Part shown: piece after piece, positions 1 through 9,404 of the stretch | Position numbering within the stretch: position 1 is the first letter of the stretch | Layout: the number at the start of each line of letters is the position of its first letter | Assembly: GCA_964569085.1 (NCBI GenBank) | Contig: CAZMTA010000009.1 | Span: 52,389 to 116,388, forward strand | DNA from: an uncultured Gemmatimonadaceae bacterium | GTDB taxonomy: Bacteria; Gemmatimonadota; Gemmatimonadetes; Longimicrobiales; Gaopeijiaceae | Length of the DNA stretch: 64,000 nt | Reading direction: 5' to 3' | The notes under the pieces: model-generated | Told to the model about the DNA's origin: nothing | Database searches by the model: none | The model's input: only the letters and a program-made list of their open reading frames with translations | Position numbers and translations under genes: made by a program

Positions 1-414
1 ATCCTCACAGGAGGGGCGTACCACGAGCGGGTGCCCGACGGCACGCCGGTCCTCACCTCGGGGCTCGGCGGGGTCTATCCCCGTGGGATCCCCCTCGGGG
101 TCATCGACGGCGTGGCCGAGGTCGAGGCCCAGTGGCGGAAGAGCTACTGGCTTCGACCCATGGCGAAGCCCGCGGGCGTCACCCACGCGCTGGTCCAGGT
201 CGGGGACGACCCGTGGCGGGACCTGGCGGGCGTCTTCTCCGACACCCTCTCGGCGCCTCCGCCGTTCCCCAGCGACTCGGCGGGTCCGCGGCCGGTCACG
301 GACAGCACCGCCCGCCCCACCCCGCTGGAGCGTCTGCGGATCCTGGCCGACAGCGTGAGCATGCTGCGCTCGGAGCTGGCGCGGGTCCGCGCGTCCTCCG
401 GGGGGACCTCGTGA
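1..414 (+). CDS. mreC: Rod shape-determining protein MreC, C-terminal part (5' end lies upstream of the window)
   Basis: Frame 1 is open from base 1. The translation ...VLTSGLGGVYPRGIPLGVIDGV... is the conserved MreC C-terminal motif. It is followed directly by mreD-mrdA-rodA. Confidence 0.85.
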   Translation: MLTGGAYHERVPDGTPVLTSGLGGVYPRGIPLGVIDGVAEVEAQWRKSYWLRPMAKPAGVTHALVQVGDDPWRDLAGVFSDTLSAPPPFPSDSAGPRPVTDSTARPTPLERLRILADSVSMLRSELARVRASSGGTS

Positions 415-893
415 GGAGCAGCCCCATGGCCTGGGTGGTGGTGGCGGGGCTCGTGATCCTCCACTTCCTCCTCCACGTGGGCTTCGGCCTCGACCGGACG
501 GCGCCGGATCTCCTCACCGTGGCGCTCCTCCTCTCGGCCCGGGAGGTCGGGATGGGGCCGGCGGCGGGGATCGGGCTCTTCTTCGGGCTCCTGGAGGACG
601 CGCTCAGCGTCCTGTCCTTCGGGGCGAACGCCGTCGCCATGACCGTGCTCGGCGCCCTCGGCGCGCTCACCCGGGATCTCTTCGTCGGCGACTCGTTCTT
701 CTTCCTGTTCTTCTACTTCCTCCTCGGGAAGTGGGCACGGGATTTGATGCACTGGCTCATGGTGGGCCCGGCGCTCCGCCCGCCGTTCGTCGAGACCTTC
801 CTCCTCGACAGCCTTCTGGCGGGTCTCTACGCGGCGGCGGTGGGCACGCTCATCATGGCGTTCACCGGTTACTGGCGGGAGGCTCGCCCGTGA
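411..893 (+). CDS. mreD: Rod shape-determining protein MreD
   Basis: GTG at 411 overlaps the mreC stop (GTGA); an alternative ATG lies at 426. The ~160-aa product is very hydrophobic and multi-TM, and sits in the canonical position between mreC and mrdA. Confidence 0.75.
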   Translation: MRSSPMAWVVVAGLVILHFLLHVGFGLDRTAPDLLTVALLLSAREVGMGPAAGIGLFFGLLEDALSVLSFGANAVAMTVLGALGALTRDLFVGDSFFFLFFYFLLGKWARDLMHWLMVGPALRPPFVETFLLDSLLAGLYAAAVGTLIMAFTGYWREARP

Positions 894-2755
894 AGACCCA
901 TCATCCTCTGGCGCGTCGGGCGCGAGCCCAGGGCGCCTACGTCTTCATCGTCCTCTTCATGGGGATCCTGGCCGCGGCCTTCTTCCGGGTGCAGGTCCTG
1001 CGTTCGGACACCTGGGAGCTCCGCGCCGAGTCCAACCGGCTGCGCCAGCTCCCGGTCCCGGCCCCCCGGGGCACCATCTACGACCGCAACGGGCGGATCC
1101 TGGCGGACAACGTGCCCGGCTACGCCATCACGCTCCTCCCCGGGCCGCCCGACTCCATCCGGTCCACCCTGGAGCGGATGCAGCCGTACATGGAGGAGCT
1201 GACGGACGAGCGCGTGGAGCGCCTGCTCACCGACCTCCGGCGCTACGGGACCGAGGTCGTGGTGGACGCGGACGCGCCCTTCGGGCTCGTGAGCGCGCTG
1301 GAGGAGCGGCGGAGCGAGTTCCCCGACGTCTACATCGAGATGCGGCCCCGCCGTCGCTACCCCAGCGGCGAGGTCCTTGGCCACGTCATGGGATACGTGG
1401 GCGAGATCACCCGGGAGGAGCTGGGCTCGGAGAGCTTCCCGGAGGGCTTCTACGACCAGGGCATGGTCGTGGGGAAGACCGGGATCGAGCGCCAGTACGA
1501 GACCATGCTCCAGGGCCGCCGCGGCCTCCGCTACGTCGAGGTGGACGCGCGGGGCCGCATCGTCGGGGACTTCAGCGGGTTCACCGCCGACCGGGGCGAC
1601 GGGGGGGACGACCTCCAGCTCAACCTGGACCTGGACCTCCAGGAGTGGGTCCACGAGATCTGGCCCGACTCCATGACCGGAGCGCTGGTGGCCCTCGACC
1701 CCGCCGACGGGGGCGTCCTGGCCCTCTACTCCGCCCCCTCCTTCGACCCCAACGAGTTCGTGGGGGGGATCGACTCGGAGCTGTGGGCGGAGCTCAACAC
1801 GGCGGAGGAGAAGCCCCTCTACAACCGGGCCACGCTGGGCCTCTACGCGCCGGCCTCCACCTTCAAGCTGGCTTCCGCCGGCCTGGCGCTGGACGCCGGG
1901 GCCATCACGCCCGAGGAGCGGATGCCCGTCCCGTGCACCGGTTCCTTCTACTACGGAAACCGGTCGTGGGGCTGCTGGTACGACGCCGGCCACGGGTACA
2001 ACAACCTCTCCCAGGCGATCGCCAACTCCTGCGACGTCTACTTCTACCAGATGGGCCTGAAGGTCGGCCTCGAGGACTTCCTGACCCGCGCCACCGACGT
2101 GGGCTTCAGCCGCGAGTGCGGCATCGACCTTCCCCAGGAGAGCCGCGGGATCTTCCCGGCGGACAAGAGCTTCTGGAACGAGCGCTTCGGGTACACGCCC
2201 CAGGAGGGCGAGGTGCTCTCCCTGGCCATCGGACAGGGGCCCAACTCCCAGACGCCGCTCAAGATGGCCCAGTTCTACACGGCGCTGGCGCGGGACGGCT
2301 CGGCGCCGCCCCCGACCCTCGCCCGGGGGATCGAGCTGGGGGAGGGCTGGTCCCTCAACCTGGAGGAGGAGGACCTGGCGTCGCTGCGCGAGGGGATGCG
2401 GGCCGTGACCGCACCCGGAGGGACGGCCCACTTCCGCACCGCCATGGAGCACTGGGAGGTCATCGGCAAGACGGGGACCGGGGAGCACGCGCTGAGCCAG
2501 GCCGGCATCCGCCCGGAGCACGCGTGGTTCGCGGGCCTGGCCGGACCCCCGGGGGAGGCTCCGGAGATCGTGATCGTCGCGCTGGTCGAGTACGGCGCGA
2601 GCGGGTCCCAGACCGCGTCGCCCATCGTGGCCAAGGCCGCGGACTTCTACCTCCGGCGCAAGTACGGCATCCCCATCGACACCATCCAGACCTACATGGA
2701 GCACCTCCAGAGCGGGACGCCGGCGCCCTGGTACCGGGAACGGTTCCTCCGGTGA
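890..2755 (+). CDS. mrdA: Penicillin-binding protein 2 (elongasome transpeptidase)
   Basis: GTG at 890 overlaps the mreD stop. The product has an N-terminal TM and RGTIYDRNGRILADN. The transpeptidase motifs STFK, SCD and KTG are present. Synteny with rodA supports the call. Confidence 0.9.
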   Translation: MKTHHPLARRARAQGAYVFIVLFMGILAAAFFRVQVLRSDTWELRAESNRLRQLPVPAPRGTIYDRNGRILADNVPGYAITLLPGPPDSIRSTLERMQPYMEELTDERVERLLTDLRRYGTEVVVDADAPFGLVSALEERRSEFPDVYIEMRPRRRYPSGEVLGHVMGYVGEITREELGSESFPEGFYDQGMVVGKTGIERQYETMLQGRRGLRYVEVDARGRIVGDFSGFTADRGDGGDDLQLNLDLDLQEWVHEIWPDSMTGALVALDPADGGVLALYSAPSFDPNEFVGGIDSELWAELNTAEEKPLYNRATLGLYAPASTFKLASAGLALDAGAITPEERMPVPCTGSFYYGNRSWGCWYDAGHGYNNLSQAIANSCDVYFYQMGLKVGLEDFLTRATDVGFSRECGIDLPQESRGIFPADKSFWNERFGYTPQEGEVLSLAIGQGPNSQTPLKMAQFYTALARDGSAPPPTLARGIELGEGWSLNLEEEDLASLREGMRAVTAPGGTAHFRTAMEHWEVIGKTGTGEHALSQAGIRPEHAWFAGLAGPPGEAPEIVIVALVEYGASGSQTASPIVAKAADFYLRRKYGIPIDTIQTYMEHLQSGTPAPWYRERFLR

Positions 2756-3987
2756 CCCGGCTCTTCGAGCGATGGGCGGTGGACGCGCCCCTGGTGCTGG
2801 CCATCATGGGGCTGTCCCTCTTCGGGATCGCCATGATCTACTCCGCCGGGGTGGTCTACATCCCCAACCCGGTGACCCAGGACGCCTGGTGGCGCCAGCT
2901 CATCTGGTTCGGCATGGCGCTGGTGGGCTTCACCTTCGTGGCGCGGGTCCCCCTCCGGTGGATCGAATGGGTGGCGGTGCCCGGGTACGTGGTGAGCGTG
3001 GTCCTCCTGGTGGTCACCCTCGTCATCGGGACGGGGTCGGGGACGGCCCAGGGGGTGAAGAGCTGGATCGACCTGGGGGTGATCCGATTCCAGCCCTCGG
3101 AGATCGCCAAGATCTCGACCATCCTGGTGCTGGCGCGGCTCCTGGCGGCCCGGGACGAGCCGCTCCACTCCCTCCGGGACCTCCTGGTGCCGGCGGTGCT
3201 CATCTTCCTCCCCCTGGCCCTGGTCCTCCTCCAGCCCGACCTGGGGACGGCCCTGGCCTTCGTGGGGATCCTCTTCGCCATGCTCTTCTGGGCGGGGACG
3301 CCGGTGGCGCTCCTCCTCCTGGTGGCGAGCCCCGGCGCCGGGCTGATCCTGTCGTTCGACACGGTCATCTGGTCGTGGTACATCGTGGCCGTGGTGGCCT
3401 TCCTGTATTTCTACCGGTACCGGCTCTTCCTCTTCGAGTCCGTGGCCGTCATCCTGGCCAACGTGGCCGCGGGGACCATCTCCCGACCGCTCTGGAACTC
3501 GCTGGCGGAGTACCAGCAGAACCGTCTCCTGGTCTTCCTGGACCCGGAGGTGGACGCCCGGGGCGCGGGGTACCAGCTCATCCAGTCCAAGGTCGCCATC
3601 GGGAGCGGCGGCCTCCTGGGGAAGGGCTTCACGCTGGGCACCCAGAAGCGGTTCGACTTCCTCCCGGAGCAGCACACGGACTTCATCTTCAGCGTGGTGG
3701 GGGAGGAGCTCGGATTCGCGGGGACGCTCTTCGCGATCATGGCCTTCGGCTACGTGCTCTATCGCCTGGTCCACCTGGCCAAGGAGTCCTCCGATCCCTT
3801 TGCCGGCCTCGTCCTGCTGGGTATCTTCGGGGCCTGGCTCGTCCACATCTTCGTGAACATCGGCATGACCGTCGGGGTCGTCCCGATCACGGGGATCCCC
3901 CTCCCGTTCGTGAGCTACGGAGGGACCTTTCTCCTGATGTCCTGGGTGGCGGTCGCCATCGCCGTCCGGGTCGCCCACGAGCGCTGA
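2752..3987 (+). CDS. rodA: SEDS-family peptidoglycan glycosyltransferase RodA
   Basis: GTG at 2752 overlaps the mrdA stop. The polytopic membrane protein carries the FtsW/RodA/SpoVE motifs PSEIAKI, LPEQHTDFIFSVVGEELGF and PLPFVSYGGT. Confidence 0.9.
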   Translation: MTRLFERWAVDAPLVLAIMGLSLFGIAMIYSAGVVYIPNPVTQDAWWRQLIWFGMALVGFTFVARVPLRWIEWVAVPGYVVSVVLLVVTLVIGTGSGTAQGVKSWIDLGVIRFQPSEIAKISTILVLARLLAARDEPLHSLRDLLVPAVLIFLPLALVLLQPDLGTALAFVGILFAMLFWAGTPVALLLLVASPGAGLILSFDTVIWSWYIVAVVAFLYFYRYRLFLFESVAVILANVAAGTISRPLWNSLAEYQQNRLLVFLDPEVDARGAGYQLIQSKVAIGSGGLLGKGFTLGTQKRFDFLPEQHTDFIFSVVGEELGFAGTLFAIMAFGYVLYRLVHLAKESSDPFAGLVLLGIFGAWLVHIFVNIGMTVGVVPITGIPLPFVSYGGTFLLMSWVAVAIAVRVAHER

Positions 3988-3990
3988 CTC

Positions 3991-4012
3991 GGCGGGCGAG
4001 AGACCGCCCGCC
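3991..4012 (+). terminator. GC hairpin after rodA (8-bp stem GGCGGGCG / CGCCCGCC, 6-nt loop), no U-tract
   Basis: The inverted repeat was read directly, 4 nt after the rodA stop and before accD. Confidence 0.4.
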
Positions 4013-4040
4013 GCGGCCGCATCGACACCCGGGAGCCCAC

Positions 4041-4919
4041 ATGGCGTGGTTCCGAAAAGAGAAGCAGCCCCTCAAGCCCCAGGACAAGCGTGACGTCCCG
4101 GGGGACGTGTTCGACAAGTGCAAGGGGTGCGGGGAGATCCTCTACCGTGAGAGGCTCGCCCAGAACCTCAACGTCTGTCCGGACTGCGGCACGCACCTCC
4201 GCATCTCCGCCGAGGGCTACATCGAGCTCCTCCTGGACGAGGGGACGTGGGAGGAGATGGACGCCGACCTCCGCGCCGGCGACCCGCTGGGCTTCCGGGA
4301 CCTGAAGTCCTACGAGGACCGCATCGCGGCCGCCGAGGCCCGGGGGAAGAAGGAGGCCGTCCGGACCGGGACGGGGGCCATCCGCGCCATGGACGTGGCG
4401 CTGGCCGTCATGGACTTCTCCTTCATCGGAGGCTCCATGGGCTCCGTCGTGGGCGAGAAGATCGCCCGGGCGGGGAAGGTGGCGCTGGAGCGGGAGACGC
4501 CCTTCATCGTGGTCTCGGCTTCGGGCGGCGCCCGCATGCAGGAGGGGATCTACTCCCTCATGCAGATGGCCAAGACCTCCGCGGTGCTGGCCCGTCTCCA
4601 CGAGGCCGGCCTGCCGTACGTGTCGATCCTGACCCACCCCACCACCGGGGGGGTCACCGCCTCCTACGCGATGCTCGGGGACGTGAACCTCGCCGAGCCC
4701 GGAGCCCTGATCGGCTTCGCCGGCCCCCGGGTGATCGAGGAGACCATCAAGCAGGAGCTCCCCAAGGGCTTCCAGCGTTCCGAGTTCCTCCTGGAGCACG
4801 GCATGGTCGACCGGGTCGTCGACCGCCGGGAGATGAAGGAGACCGTGGCCCGGCTGCTGGCCCACATGACCGGCGCCGAGCCCGTCGCCGCGGCCGGGGC
4901 CGACGACGCCTCCTCCTGA
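4041..4919 (+). CDS. accD: Acetyl-CoA carboxylase carboxyltransferase beta subunit
   Basis: The product has the N-terminal zinc ribbon CKGCGEILY...CPDCGTHLR. Carboxyltransferase motifs FSFIGGSMGSVVGEK and SASGGARMQEG follow. Confidence 0.93.
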   Translation: MAWFRKEKQPLKPQDKRDVPGDVFDKCKGCGEILYRERLAQNLNVCPDCGTHLRISAEGYIELLLDEGTWEEMDADLRAGDPLGFRDLKSYEDRIAAAEARGKKEAVRTGTGAIRAMDVALAVMDFSFIGGSMGSVVGEKIARAGKVALERETPFIVVSASGGARMQEGIYSLMQMAKTSAVLARLHEAGLPYVSILTHPTTGGVTASYAMLGDVNLAEPGALIGFAGPRVIEETIKQELPKGFQRSEFLLEHGMVDRVVDRREMKETVARLLAHMTGAEPVAAAGADDASS

Positions 4920-4923
4920 CGGG

Positions 4924-6303
4924 GTGGACGACGCCGCCCCCGGGGGATCCGGGTCCGCCCCCGCCACGCCGGACCGGCTGGACCGCCCCTTCGCGGACCC
5001 CCTCTTCATGGAGCTCTTTCCCCCGCTGGCCACGGGCGTCCACTGGGGCCTCGAGCGCACCGAGGCGGCCCTGGCCGAGCTCGGGGATCCCCACCTCGCC
5101 CGCCCGTCCGTCCACGTGGGCGGCACCAACGGGAAGGGCTCGGTGGTCAGCACGGTCTCCGCGGCCCTGAACCAGGCGGGCTTCCGCGCCGCCTGCTACA
5201 CCTCCCCGCACCTCTGCTCCTTCCGGGAGCGCTTCGCGGTGCGGGGTCGGGCGCTCTCCGAGGCCACGCTGCGGGCGCGGGCCGACGAGATCCGGGAGGT
5301 CGTGGTGCGCCACGAGCTCACCTTCTTCGAGGCCGTCACCGTCCTGGCGTTCCACGCCTTCGCGGCCGAGGAGGTGGACGTGGTCGTGGCGGAGGTGGGG
5401 CTGGGCGGGCGGCTCGACGCCACCAACGTCCTCCGGCCGGTGGTGGCCGCCGTCACCAATGTGGCCCTGGACCACGCCGACTTCCTCGGGAACACCCTCC
5501 CCGAGATCGCCCGGGAGAAGGCGGGCATCATCAAGCCGGGGGTGCCGTTCGTCACGGCGGAGACGGACCCGGGGCTGCTGGCCCTCTTCCGGGAGGTGTG
5601 CCGGGAGCGCGGCGCGGCGGAGATGGTCGTGGTGGACCCCCGCACCGACGTTCGGGAGCTGGAGGTGGAGGCCGACCACACCGCCTTCACCCTGGACACC
5701 CGGGCCTGGGGCGAGCTGCGGGTGCGGACCCCCCTGGTGGGACGGCACCAGGCCGCCAACGCCGCTCTGGCCGTGGAGGTCCTGGAGCACCTTCCCGACG
5801 CGCTTCGCCCCGACGCCGAGGCCGTCCTCCGGGGCATCGCCGGCGTGCGCTACCCGGGGCGGGACCAGATCGAGCTCCTGGACGGGACCACCTGGCTCTT
5901 CGACGTGGCGCACAACACCGCGGGCATCGAGTCCCTCGTGGACACGCTGGGTCGGGTGGCGCTGCCCGGGCCCCGGGTGGCGCTGGTGGGCGTCCTGGGC
6001 GACAAGGACTGGCGGAGCATGCTCCCTCCTCTGCTGGAGCGGGTGGACCGGGCCATCTTCACCCAGGCTCCGTCGGCTCCGCCGGAGCGGCGCTGGGATC
6101 CGGCGGAGGCGGCCGACTCCGTGGCGGACGCCGCCCGGGCCGCCGGGACCGGGCTCCAGGTGGAGGAGGGCTTCGACGCGGCCGTGGCCCGGGCCCGTGA
6201 GGCGGCGGGGGAGGGGACGGTGGTCGTGACCGGGTCGTGCCACACCGTGGGCTCGGCGCTCCGGGCGCTGGGGCGGGAGCCGCTGGGGTCCGGCGAGGGC
6301 TGA
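4924..6303 (+). CDS. folC: Bifunctional folylpolyglutamate synthase / dihydrofolate synthase
   Basis: The Mur-ligase P-loop HVGGTNGKGS and TSPHLCSFRERF are present. The accD-folC adjacency matches enterobacteria. Start codon is GTG. Confidence 0.88.
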   Translation: MDDAAPGGSGSAPATPDRLDRPFADPLFMELFPPLATGVHWGLERTEAALAELGDPHLARPSVHVGGTNGKGSVVSTVSAALNQAGFRAACYTSPHLCSFRERFAVRGRALSEATLRARADEIREVVVRHELTFFEAVTVLAFHAFAAEEVDVVVAEVGLGGRLDATNVLRPVVAAVTNVALDHADFLGNTLPEIAREKAGIIKPGVPFVTAETDPGLLALFREVCRERGAAEMVVVDPRTDVRELEVEADHTAFTLDTRAWGELRVRTPLVGRHQAANAALAVEVLEHLPDALRPDAEAVLRGIAGVRYPGRDQIELLDGTTWLFDVAHNTAGIESLVDTLGRVALPGPRVALVGVLGDKDWRSMLPPLLERVDRAIFTQAPSAPPERRWDPAEAADSVADAARAAGTGLQVEEGFDAAVARAREAAGEGTVVVTGSCHTVGSALRALGREPLGSGEG

Positions 6304-6325
6304 ACGGCAGACGGCCGCGCGCCGG

Positions 6326-6353
6326 TTGAATCGACCCGCCCTACCGCTAGATT
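6326..6353 (+). promoter_or_regulatory. Sigma70-like promoter candidate: TTGAAT (6326-6331), 16-nt spacer, TAGATT (6348-6353)
   Basis: Both boxes were read directly. The -10 ends 9 nt before the hisS ATG, and no Shine-Dalgarno lies between them. Confidence 0.5.
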
Positions 6354-6362
6354 CCGCGTTCC

Positions 6363-7649
6363 ATGGCCTCTTCCGACTTCCAGCGACTCCCCGGCTTCCG
6401 CGACTTCCCCCCCGAAGAGATGGCCCTCCGGGCCCACATCTTCCGGGCGTGGCGCAGCGTGGCCGGGCGCTACGGCTTCCTCGAGTACGACGGCCCCCCG
6501 CTCGAGGGGCTCGACCTGTACGTGGAGAAGAGCGGCGAGGAGATCGTCGGTCAGCTCTACAACTTCACGGACAAGGGAGACCGGGCGGTCTCGCTCCGCC
6601 CGGAGATGACGCCCTCCCTGGCGCGCATCCTGGGCGAGCACGCCCGGAGCATGCCCAAGCCCATCCGGTGGTTCAGCGTCCCCCAGCTCTTCCGCTACGA
6701 GCGGCAGCAGCGGGGCCGCCTGCGCGAGCACTTCCAGTGGAACGTGGACATCGTGGGCGAGGAGGACGTCACCGCCGACGCCGAGGTGCTGGCGGTGGCC
6801 ATCGACGGGCTCCGCGAGCTCGGTCTCGGCGCCGAGGACTTCCGGGCCCGGGTGTCGGACCGCCGGCTGCTGACCGCCCTCCTCCGGGAGGGGATCGGGG
6901 TGCCCGAGGACCGGCTGGGGGACGCCTTCGCGCTCATCGACAAGGTCGAGCGGATGCCCGAGGAGGTCCGGCGGGAGAAGCTCCAGGACGGGGTCGGGCT
7001 CGACGCCGACCAGGCCGAGCGCCTGCTGGGCCTCTTCGGCCCCACCACGCCCGACGAGCTGGCGGCCCGCTTCCCCGACGCCCCGGGGATCGCCGAGGCC
7101 GCCGAGCCCCTGCGGGCGTACCTGGCGCTCATGGAGGCCATGGGCCTGGGCGACTTCGTGGAGGTCGACCTCACCATCGTGCGGGGCCTGGCCTACTACA
7201 CGGGGATCGTCTTCGAGCTCTTCGACGCCCAGGGCGAGCTCCGGGCCATCTGCGGCGGGGGGCGCTACGACCGGCTCCTGGAGCTGGTGGGCGGCGACCC
7301 CATGCCCGCCGTGGGCTTCGGAATGGGCGACGTGGTCCTGGGCGAGCTCCTCGCGGAGCGGGACCTCCTGCCCGAGTACGCCCGCTCGGTGGACTACTTC
7401 ATGGTGGTCATCGGGGAGGAGCAGCGCCCCGCGGCGCTGCGCATCGCGCACCGCCTCCGGGACGCCGGCCGCTCCGTGGCGTACGAGCTCCGGGGCCGGT
7501 CCGTGCGGAAGCAGTTCAAGTCCGCGGAGACCGAGGGCGCCACCACCACGCTGGTGCTGGGGCCCGAGGAGGTCGCGGAGGGCGTCGTGGTCGCCCGGGA
7601 CATGGCCACCGGCCAGGAGCGTCGGGTGTCCCCCGAGGAGCTCACGTGA
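6363..7649 (+). CDS. hisS: Histidine--tRNA ligase
   Basis: Class II HisRS motifs are present: RPEMTPSLARI, LFRYERQQRGRLREHFQWNVDIVG and GGGRYDRL. A C-terminal anticodon-binding domain follows. Confidence 0.93.
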   Translation: MASSDFQRLPGFRDFPPEEMALRAHIFRAWRSVAGRYGFLEYDGPPLEGLDLYVEKSGEEIVGQLYNFTDKGDRAVSLRPEMTPSLARILGEHARSMPKPIRWFSVPQLFRYERQQRGRLREHFQWNVDIVGEEDVTADAEVLAVAIDGLRELGLGAEDFRARVSDRRLLTALLREGIGVPEDRLGDAFALIDKVERMPEEVRREKLQDGVGLDADQAERLLGLFGPTTPDELAARFPDAPGIAEAAEPLRAYLALMEAMGLGDFVEVDLTIVRGLAYYTGIVFELFDAQGELRAICGGGRYDRLLELVGGDPMPAVGFGMGDVVLGELLAERDLLPEYARSVDYFMVVIGEEQRPAALRIAHRLRDAGRSVAYELRGRSVRKQFKSAETEGATTTLVLGPEEVAEGVVVARDMATGQERRVSPEELT

Positions 7650-7951
7650 CGGGGGGCTCCGACCCCGAGGACTCCCGACGGACCCACGAGGTAGCCCACC
7701 GCGCCATCCGCAGGCTGGACGTGCTCGAGTGGGTCATGCTGGCGGGGGCGGCCACGATGGCGCTGCTCGGCGGCGCCCTGGTGGCGTGGATCCTCGACGC
7801 GGTGGTCGCGTGGAGCTTCCGCACCCTCTGGCTCGTGACGGCCCTCTTCCTCTTCGCGGTCCCCGGGGCCATCGTCTTCACACAGCTCCGGCGCGAGGAA
7901 GCCCGGAGCCGCCCACGGCTCGAACGAGAACCCGACGAGGATCATGGCTGA
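7646..7951 (+). CDS. Hypothetical small membrane protein (about 101 aa, two predicted TM helices)
   Basis: GTG at 7646 overlaps the hisS stop (GTGA), and the 3' end overlaps the proS ATG by 8 nt. Hydrophobic segments are WVMLAGAATMALLGGALVAWIL and LWLVTALFLFAVPGAIVF. I recognise no family. Confidence 0.5.
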   Translation: MTGGSDPEDSRRTHEVAHRAIRRLDVLEWVMLAGAATMALLGGALVAWILDAVVAWSFRTLWLVTALFLFAVPGAIVFTQLRREEARSRPRLEREPDEDHG

Positions 7952-9404
7952 CGACAAGAAGCTGACGCCCCGGAGCGAGGACTTCAGCGCCTGGTACAAC
8001 GAGGTGGTGCTCCGCGCGGAGCTCGCCGACTACTCGCCGGTCCGGGGCTCCATGGTCATCCGACCCTGGGGCTACGGGATCTGGGAGCTCATGCAGCGGG
8101 CCCTGGACGACATGTTCAAGGAGACCGGGCACGAGAACGCCTACTTCCCCCTCCTCATCCCCATGAGCTTCATCGAGCGGGAGAAGGAGCACGTGGAGGG
8201 CTTCGCGCCGGAGCTGGCGGTGGTCACCCAGGCCGGGGGGAAGGAGCTGGAGGAGCCGCTGGCCATCCGGCCCACCTCCGAGACGGTCATCTACCACATG
8301 ATGGGGAAGTGGGTGCAGTCCTACCGGGACCTGCCCATGCTCCTCAACCAGTGGGCCAACGTCATGCGCTGGGAGCTGCGGACCCGCCTCTTCCTGCGCA
8401 CCGCCGAGTTCCTCTGGCAGGAGGGCCACACGGCCCACGCCACGGCCGAGGAGGCGGAGGAGGAGACCCGGCGCATGCTGGGCGTCTACCGGACGTTCAT
8501 GGAGGACTACATCGGGATGCCCCCGGTCACGGGGCTCAAGTCCGAGTCGGAGAAGTTCGCCGGCGCGGTGCGGAGCTACGCCTGCGAAGCCCTCATGCAG
8601 GACAACAAGGCGCTCCAGGCCGGGACCTCCCACTTCCTGGGCCAGAACTTCAGCAAGCAGTTCGAGCTGACCTTCCAGTCCGAGGAGGGCCAGGAGGAGT
8701 ACGCCTGGAACACCTCGTGGGGCGTGAGCACGCGCATGGTGGGCGGCCTGGTCATGACCCACGGGGACGACCAGGGGATCGTGGTCCCGCCGCGCCTCGC
8801 GCCGACCCAGGTGGTCATCGTGCCCATCCTGGTCGGCGACGACACCGACGCCATCCTCCGCAAGGTGGACGAGGTGGCGGCGCGCCTGAAGGAGAAGGGC
8901 GTGCGGGTGAAGGTGGACGCCCGGGACAACCTCTCCCCCGGCGCCAAGTTCTACGAGTGGGAGCGCAAGGGCGTGCCCTTCCGCGTCGAGATCGGGCCGA
9001 AGGACCTGGAGAAGGGCTCGCTGGCCCTCGCCCGGCGCGTCACCCCCGAGGGGGCCAAGCGGAAGGAGTTCGTGGAGGAGAACGAGGCCATCGCCACCCT
9101 CCCCGACCGCCTGGAGGCCTTCCAGACCGAGCTCATGGAGGCGGCCCGCACCCGGCGGGAGAACTCCACCGTGCGCGGCGTGACCAGCATCGGCGAGCTC
9201 GAGGAGGCGCTGAACTCCGGCGCCGGCTTCGTCTACTCGGGCTGGAGCGGCGACCCGGCGGTGGAGGAGGACGTCAAGGCGCGCACCAAGGCCACCTCCC
9301 GCGTCATTCCCGACGAGGAGTTCCGCTCCGAGAAGGCGCCCAAGAAGTGCATCTCCGGGAACGACGAGGCGAAGCACGAGGTGGTGTGGGCGAGGGCGTA
9401 CTGA
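7944..9404 (+). CDS. proS: Proline--tRNA ligase, archaeal/eukaryote-like type (no INS editing insertion)
   Basis: [34 protein letters not shown] and RPTSETVIY are present. The product ends in ...VVWARAY; a C-terminal Tyr is typical of this ProRS type. Confidence 0.9.
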   Translation: MADDKKLTPRSEDFSAWYNEVVLRAELADYSPVRGSMVIRPWGYGIWELMQRALDDMFKETGHENAYFPLLIPMSFIEREKEHVEGFAPELAVVTQAGGKELEEPLAIRPTSETVIYHMMGKWVQSYRDLPMLLNQWANVMRWELRTRLFLRTAEFLWQEGHTAHATAEEAEEETRRMLGVYRTFMEDYIGMPPVTGLKSESEKFAGAVRSYACEALMQDNKALQAGTSHFLGQNFSKQFELTFQSEEGQEEYAWNTSWGVSTRMVGGLVMTHGDDQGIVVPPRLAPTQVVIVPILVGDDTDAILRKVDEVAARLKEKGVRVKVDARDNLSPGAKFYEWERKGVPFRVEIGPKDLEKGSLALARRVTPEGAKRKEFVEENEAIATLPDRLEAFQTELMEAARTRRENSTVRGVTSIGELEEALNSGAGFVYSGWSGDPAVEEDVKARTKATSRVIPDEEFRSEKAPKKCISGNDEAKHEVVWARAY

